Positions 31,014 to 36,989 of a stretch of 36,989 nt of DNA are shown piece after piece. The notes under the pieces are model-generated. The model had not been told where the DNA came from, searched no databases, and saw only the letters and a program-made list of their open reading frames with translations. The DNA comes from Octopus bimaculoides (lineage: Eukaryota). How positions within the stretch are numbered: position 1 is the first letter of the stretch; the number at the start of each line of letters is the position of its first letter. The stretch covers positions 93,698,206-93,735,194 of the forward strand of contig NC_068984.1 of assembly GCF_001194135.2 (NCBI RefSeq). Direction: 5' to 3'. Made by a program: the position numbers and the translations under genes.

Positions 31014-34000
31014 ATCATCATCATCATCGTTTAACGTCCGCTTTCCATGCTAGCATGGGTTGGACGATTTGACTGAGGACTGGCAAGCCAGAAGGCTGCA
31101 CCAGGCTCCAATCTGATCTGGCAGAGTATCTACAGCTGGATGCCCTTCCTAATGCCAACCACTCTGAGAGTATAGTGGGTGCTTTTACGTGCCACTAGCA
31201 CGACGGCCAGTCGGGCGGTACTGGCAATGGCAACACTCAAAATGGTGTATTTTATGTGCCACCTGCACAGGAGCCAGTTCATGTCTTTACACTGGCCACC
31301 GGCACAAGTGCCAGGCTGGCGACGCTAGGCACAGGTGCCATCATGATTTCGCTTTCGCTTGCCCCAACAGGCCTTCAGAAGCCGAGTTATGTGTCCAATG
31401 AAGGAGACAACATTGGCATGGGTGCCAGTTGTCGAATTTAGTTCGATTTCAATTTCACTTGCCTCAACAGGACTTCGCAAGCGGAGTTTAGTGTCCAATG
31501 AAGGAAAGGTACGCATAAGTGGGCTGGCTACACCCCTGGCAGAGGCCTTGGACTTAGGTCTCACTTGGCTTGCTGGGTCTTCTCATGCACAGCATATTTN
31601 NNNNNNNNNNNNNNNNNNNNNNNNNNNNNNNNNNNNNNNNNNNNNNNNNNNNNNNNNNNNNNNNNNNNNNNNNNNNNNNNNNNNNNNNNNNNNNNNNNNN
31701 NNNNNNNNNNNNNNNNNNNNNNNNNNNNNNNNNNNNNNNNNNNNNNNNNNNNNNNNNNNNNNNNNNNNNNNNNNNNNNNNNNNNNNNNNNNNNNNNNNNN
31801 NNNNNNNNNNNNNNNNNNNNNNNNNNNNNNNNNNNNNNNNNNNNNNNNNNNNNNNNNNNNNNNNNNNNNNNNNNNNNNNNNNNNNNNNNNNNNNNNNNNN
31901 NNNNNNNNNNNNNNNNNNNNNNNNNNNNNNNNNNNNNNNNNNNNNNNNNNNNNNNNNNNNNNNNNNNNNNNNNNNNNNNNNNNNNNNNNNNNNNNNNNNN
32001 NNNNNNNNNNNNNNNNNNNNNNNNNNNNNNNNNNNNNNNNNNNNNNNNNNNNNNNNNNNNNNNNNNNNNNNNNNNNNNNNNNNNNNNNNNNNNNNNNNNN
32101 NNNNNNNNNNNNNNNNNNNNNNNNNNNNNNNNNNNNNNNNNNNNNNNNNNNNNNNNNNNNNNNNNNNNNNNNNNNNNNNNNNNNNNNNNNNNNNNNNNNN
32201 NNNNNNNNNNNNNNNNNNNNNNNNNNNNNNNNNNNNNNNNNNNNNNNNNNNNNNNNNNNNNNNNNNNNNNNNNNNNNNNNNNNNNNNNNNNNNNNNNNNN
32301 NNNNNNNNNNNNNNNNNNNNNNNNNNNNNNNNNNNNNNNNNNNNNNNNNNNNNNNNNNNNNNNNNNNNNNNNNNNNNNNNNNNNNNNNNNNNNNNNNNNN
32401 NNNNNNNNNNNNNNNNNNNNNNNNNNNNNNNNNNNNNNNNNNNNNNNNNNNNNNNNNTTATAGAGTTTCTACCTACGCATTTTCTACCTGAAGGGGTTTG
32501 TGTTTTGTCTACCTTCCTACTTATTAGGACTTTGGTTTTAGCTAGGTTGACTCTAAGGCCCTTCAATTCTAGTCCTTGCTTCCACACCTGAAACTTCTCT
32601 AGTTCTGATAGTGACTCAGCAATTAGTGCAAGGTCATCAGCATAGAGGAGCTCCCAGGGGCATCCTGTCTTGAATTCCTCTGTTATAGCCTGGAGGACTA
32701 TGATAAATAGGAGGGGGCTGACGATAGAACCTTGGTGGACCCCTATCTCCACCCGGAATTCTTCACTGTACTCATTGCCAACCCTCACCTTACTGACAGC
32801 GTCTCTGTACATGGCTCGCACAGTTCTCACTAACCATTCATCTAGCCCTAGTTTCCTCATTGACCACCAGATGAGGGATCAGGGGACCCTGTTGAAGGCT
32901 TTCTCCATGTCAACAAAAGCCAGGTTTATCATTACCTAGGTATTTCTCCTGAAGCTGTCTTACCAGAAATATAGCATCAGTGGTGCTTTTCCCAGGTGCA
33001 AACCCAAACTGCATCTCATCTAAACTGATTTGCTCCCTAAGTAGTTGGGCTATGACCCTCTCCGTGACTTTCATTACCTGATCTAACAGCTTGATACCTC
33101 TGTAATTATTTGTATCTAAAGGGTCACCTTTACCTTTGTAGCAGTTGACTATGGTGCTGCTACACCAGTCATTGGGTATGACTTCTTTGTGTATCACTTG
33201 GTTAACAATACGGGTGACTAGGCTACAGCCGACACTGCCAGATATTATGAGCATCTCTGCAGTGATTCCTGATGGGCCGAGGGCCTTCCCTGTCTTCATA
33301 CTCTTAATTGCTTTATCTACGATGGTACTGTTAACTCGGATAGCTGGTCCCTCTGTTGGGTCGACATTCGGCAGACTCTCTTTCTCTCATTCATTCTCTT
33401 TATTGAGCAATCTTTCGTAGTGGTGTCTCCAAACCTCTTTCTTTGCAGCCTTGTTTAGTGCAAGCATACCATCATCCATGTGGACACATTTCTCTCCCAT
33501 GACATCACGATTCTCTCTCACACACTGTCTTGCAATACGAAATACCTCAAGTCTTTGGTCCTCATGGCGCAGAACATTGGCAAACTTTTTCTTATCTGCT
33601 TCCCCTCTGGCTAAATAAACCTAGTTTCCCTTCTGGCAGTCTGATACAATTCCCTGCTATCACCGTTCTTCCAGTCTTTCCAAGCCTGTTTCTTTTGTCT
33701 AATAGCCCTGTCAACAACATTGTTCCACCACCACATTATTTTTGGTCGAGAGGGGACCTTGCACCATCCACAGATCTCGTCGGTGGCCCTCAGCAGGTTG
33801 TCCCATAGAAACGTCCAGTTGTCCTCTACATTGTGTGAAGCTACATCCACCTCTATTTCATCAAAAGCTTTGAGTAATAAGTCTCTAAATCTCTATCCAT
33901 TTGCAGGATCTTTGAGCTTCCAGACCCTTCTCCTCCAAGTCGGTCGTCTTCTCGGCAACCACTTAGCCCTGATCCTGAAGTCACTAACTACTAATCTATG

Positions 34001-35230
34001 TTGTGGGGTACATTCTTCGCCTGGGAAGATTTTGGCATTTATAAGCAGCCATCTTTCCCTTTTCCTGGCGAGGATGTAGTCAATTTGGCTAGTATGTCTG
34101 CCAGAACGGTAGGTGACTAGGTGACTCGCAAGTTTCCTGAAGTTAGTATTGCAGACCATAAGATCATTTTCATCACAGAACTCCAGCAGTCTACTTCCCT
34201 CCTCGTTGCGGGAACCAAAGCCATAGCCTCCATGTACGCCATAGAAGCCCCCTGAATGTTGTCCAACATGACCATTGAAGTCACCAGCCACAAAGAGAAG
34301 GTCCCTGTCATTCATTGACAAGGTAGTCTGCAGGAAGGTGTCATAAAATTGGTCTTTCTGTCTGTCAGGTAGCCCGGGCTGAGGGGCATAGGCCGAGATA
34401 TTGGTTGCTAACCCATTGTGAAGGACTAATCTAATCTTAAGTATTCTATCGGATACTCTAATTACCTGGATTACCTTATCCACCCATTTATCTGCAAGAA
34501 GTATGCCCACGCCTCCGACCCCGTCTGTGTNNNNNNNNNNNNNNNNNNNNNNNNNNNNNNNNNNNNNNNNNNNNNNNNNNNNNNNNNNNNNNNNNNNNNN
34601 NNNNNNNNNNNNNNNNNNNNNNNNNNNNNNNNNNNNNNNNNNNNNNNNNNNNNNNNNNNNNNNNNNNNNNNNNNNNNNNNNNNNNNNNNNNNNNNNNNNN
34701 NNNNNNNNNNNNNNNNNNNNNNNNNNNNNNNNNNNNNNNNNNNNNNNNNNNNNNNNNNNNNNNNNNNNNNNNNNNNNNNNNNNNNNNNNNNNNNNNNNNN
34801 NNNNNNNNNNNNNNNNNNNNNNNNNNNNNNNNNNNNNNNNNNNNNNNNNNNNNNNNNNNNNNNNNTAGGGGATAAACCCTAAGTGGGGGTGGGGGGAATG
34901 GCGTGAAGTCTTTAGAAGTGTTCATGGGAGACAGTCAAGAACTTCCGGTACTGGTGTAGAAGATAGGAACTTCCGGTACTGGTGGTGGGGGTGGGAGGGC
35001 GGATGCACCAAGGGTATTGCTGCAAAGGTACTTTGGTTGAGTGTGGGAATTGGGGTGCGCGCGATAGTTTTTGTAGACCTGGCGATGCAAGGGGTCAATC
35101 GAAAGAGGGAGGAGAAGAGAGATAGAGAGCAAGAGGGAGTGGGATTGAGAGAGACAGAGTAAAGCAGATATCAAAAGAGCCAGAGTAAAGCAGAGGGGGT
35201 TAGGCCAGAGCACAAGGGAGATAGAGAGAT
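31014..35230 (-). mobile_element. Near full-length RTE LINE (5' UTR, APE endonuclease, RT, 3' UTR), two gaps, inactivated
   Basis: APE motifs SAYAPQ, AGDFNGHVG, SQIDYIL and QHRLV; RT motifs GVHQG-like and YADD; stop at 31561-31563; (ATC)n tail. Pyrimidine-rich 5' region at 34866-35230; probable ATG at 34925. Confidence 0.9.
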
Positions 35231-36040
35231 ATTTTTTTTGATTTCTGTCACATAGACACAGTAAATGGAAATGAAATTGATTTTTCCATAAACTAATAAA
35301 TAAAAAGTTAATAGCTTTGAAAATTTGCAAATTTTAGGTAACCTTAGTCAATCAAAAGCCACAGATATATTGGTGTCTGTTTTCATAATAACAAGCCAAG
35401 ATATATTGTCTGCTATGGGAAGGGTGTTGAGATGGACAAAATAGTCTTCTGAAGACATAAATACAACTAAGAAAGGGTGCTACCTGAGCAGTGGGGTTAG
35501 GAGATACCAAAATTGTACTTTGTTTGACGAACTCCAGATTGTTTACATGAACTGGTAATGTTTTGTCTTATGTTGTCACACACAGAAAATCCCAGCTTCA
35601 AAATCCTGCTTTCTGATTGAGTTAAAATAATCAAACTTTAAACCTGTTACAGTTTTCTAAAATTTTTCTGGGGCAAGAATAACATCAGATTCAGTGTGAA
35701 AAAGCACGTCAAAATACCAAATTTGAAAATTTTTACTTTTACTTTTCAAAAAGTGTGAGCCAAACAAAAAAGATCCAATTTAAAAAAACAAATTGTTACA
35801 GTTCCAAAACTCGTTAGATCTTCTCCAAGAATATACTGAAATCCTCATTAACATGTAAAAGAAATAGTGAAAAGTTTTTGCTTTAACTCTCAAGTCTTAT
35901 CTTAACAGGGAACGAAATTCGAATTAGAAGTGGATAATTATTGCGGCATATGATATGACTATCTTGTGAAATGGATTTCACAATTTTACATTGATGTTAC
36001 AAAAATACTCTTCCAATGGAAGAACAAGTTTAAGTTGTCA

Positions 36041-36250
36041 AGCTGGCAGAATCGTTCGCACGCCGAGCAAAGCGCTTAGCGGCATTTTGTCTGTCTTTAC
36101 GGTCTGAGTTCAAATTCCACCAAGGTCGATTTTAACTTTCATCCTCTCGGGTTCGATAAAATAAGTACCAGCTGAGCACTGGGGTCGATGTAATCAACTT
36201 ACCCCTTTCCTCGAACTTGCTAGCCTTGTGCCAAAAACTGAAACCAATAT
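36041..36250 (+). mobile_element. tRNA-derived SINE with Meta/MESC-like central domain
   Basis: Head agctggcagaatcgtt, B box gagttcaaattcc, core tttcatcctctcgggttcgataaaataagtaccag. Confidence 0.75.
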
Positions 36251-36290
36251 AGGAACGAGTAGAATCATTAAATAAGGGCATAAAAAAATT

Positions 36291-36520
36291 GGCCAAACTA
36301 AAGGGTTTGACCCGGTGGGAAATAAAAAAATTAAATATTCTCATAGGTGTAAAACAACTTGCTGGGAACAAATATGAAGGAAAAAACGCACGCTCGCGAA
36401 CGGGGGAGTGGGGAGAGGCCTCAGAACATTCATATCCTGAATGTTCCGAGACGCCTCAACGGTGCCAAGAAACAAAAAAAAAAATAGTGAATTCTGAAAG
36501 AATATCAAGAACACACACAA

Positions 36521-36551
<31 letters not shown>

Positions 36552-36903
36552 CATATATACATACATATATATATACGTGTGTGTGTATGAGTGTGTCTGT
36601 GAGTGTGTGTGACGATGTGAATGTTCCGAGTCCTCTCCTCATCCTGCCTTTCGCGGGAGCGCGTTTCTTTTTTCATATTCGTTCAGAGCAAGTCGTTTTA
36701 CATCTATTACACTATTTTTTTTTTGTTTCTTGGCTCCGGTGAGGCGTCTCGGAACATTCAGGATGTGAATGTTCCGAGGCCTCTCCCCACACCCCGTTCG
36801 CGAGCGCACATTTTTTTCATATTAATTCGCAGCAAGTTGTTTTACACCTATTAGAATATTTTATGTTTTTATTTCCCCCATGGACAAACCTTTTAGTTTG
36901 ACC
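36291..36903. mobile_element. Fold-back/MITE with ~200-bp TIRs and central microsatellite (possibly Mutator-like)
   Basis: 36291-36490 is the inverted repeat of about 36708-36903. Flanks AAAAAATT / AAAATATT may be an 8-bp TSD. Confidence 0.8.
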
Positions 36904-36989
36904 AAAATATTGACGACTGTTCTTTTTTGTTTGGGGCCATTTTTTAAAAAAAGATCGAACAGGACAAATAAAGCTATGAAAAATAGTAT

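Noticed and set aside
30890-35810. Related inverted segments at about 30890-31005 and 35700-35810 flanking the long RTE
   Set aside because: Diverged, and no termini or TSD could be defined; more likely two copies of a dispersed repeat than one composite element.

Overview
AT-rich eukaryotic genomic DNA with five N-gaps (3644-4131, 17830-18319, 24411-24510, 31600-32457, 34531-34865). The repeat content (RTE LINEs with (GAT)n tails, tRNA-derived SINEs) resembles what I recall from Octopus, so a coleoid cephalopod origin is an inference. Most of the window is transposon-derived: at least seven RTE LINE copies or fragments (one near full length), a Ty3/Gypsy element with both LTRs and a TSD, a second decayed Gypsy, autonomous and non-autonomous Helitron pieces, a mariner remnant, several MITE or fold-back elements, SINEs and microsatellites. 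Two well-formed minus-strand coding exons (14830-14970, 11403-11520) splice in frame to a peptide resembling the N-terminus of condensin-II subunit NCAPG2, so at least part of the window is intronic. Most interesting: (i) a C4HC3 PHD finger inserted inside the RTE reverse transcriptase, seen in four copies of different age; (ii) a head-to-head dimer of a tRNA-headed element carrying a Penelope-type minimal hammerhead ribozyme, plus a second independent hammerhead; (iii) a Gypsy element with a duplicated LTR-end/PBS junction; (iv) a Tc1/mariner fold-back made of two transposase 3' ends next to a host exon. No database searches were run; family names come from motif recognition, and boundaries of decayed elements are approximate.
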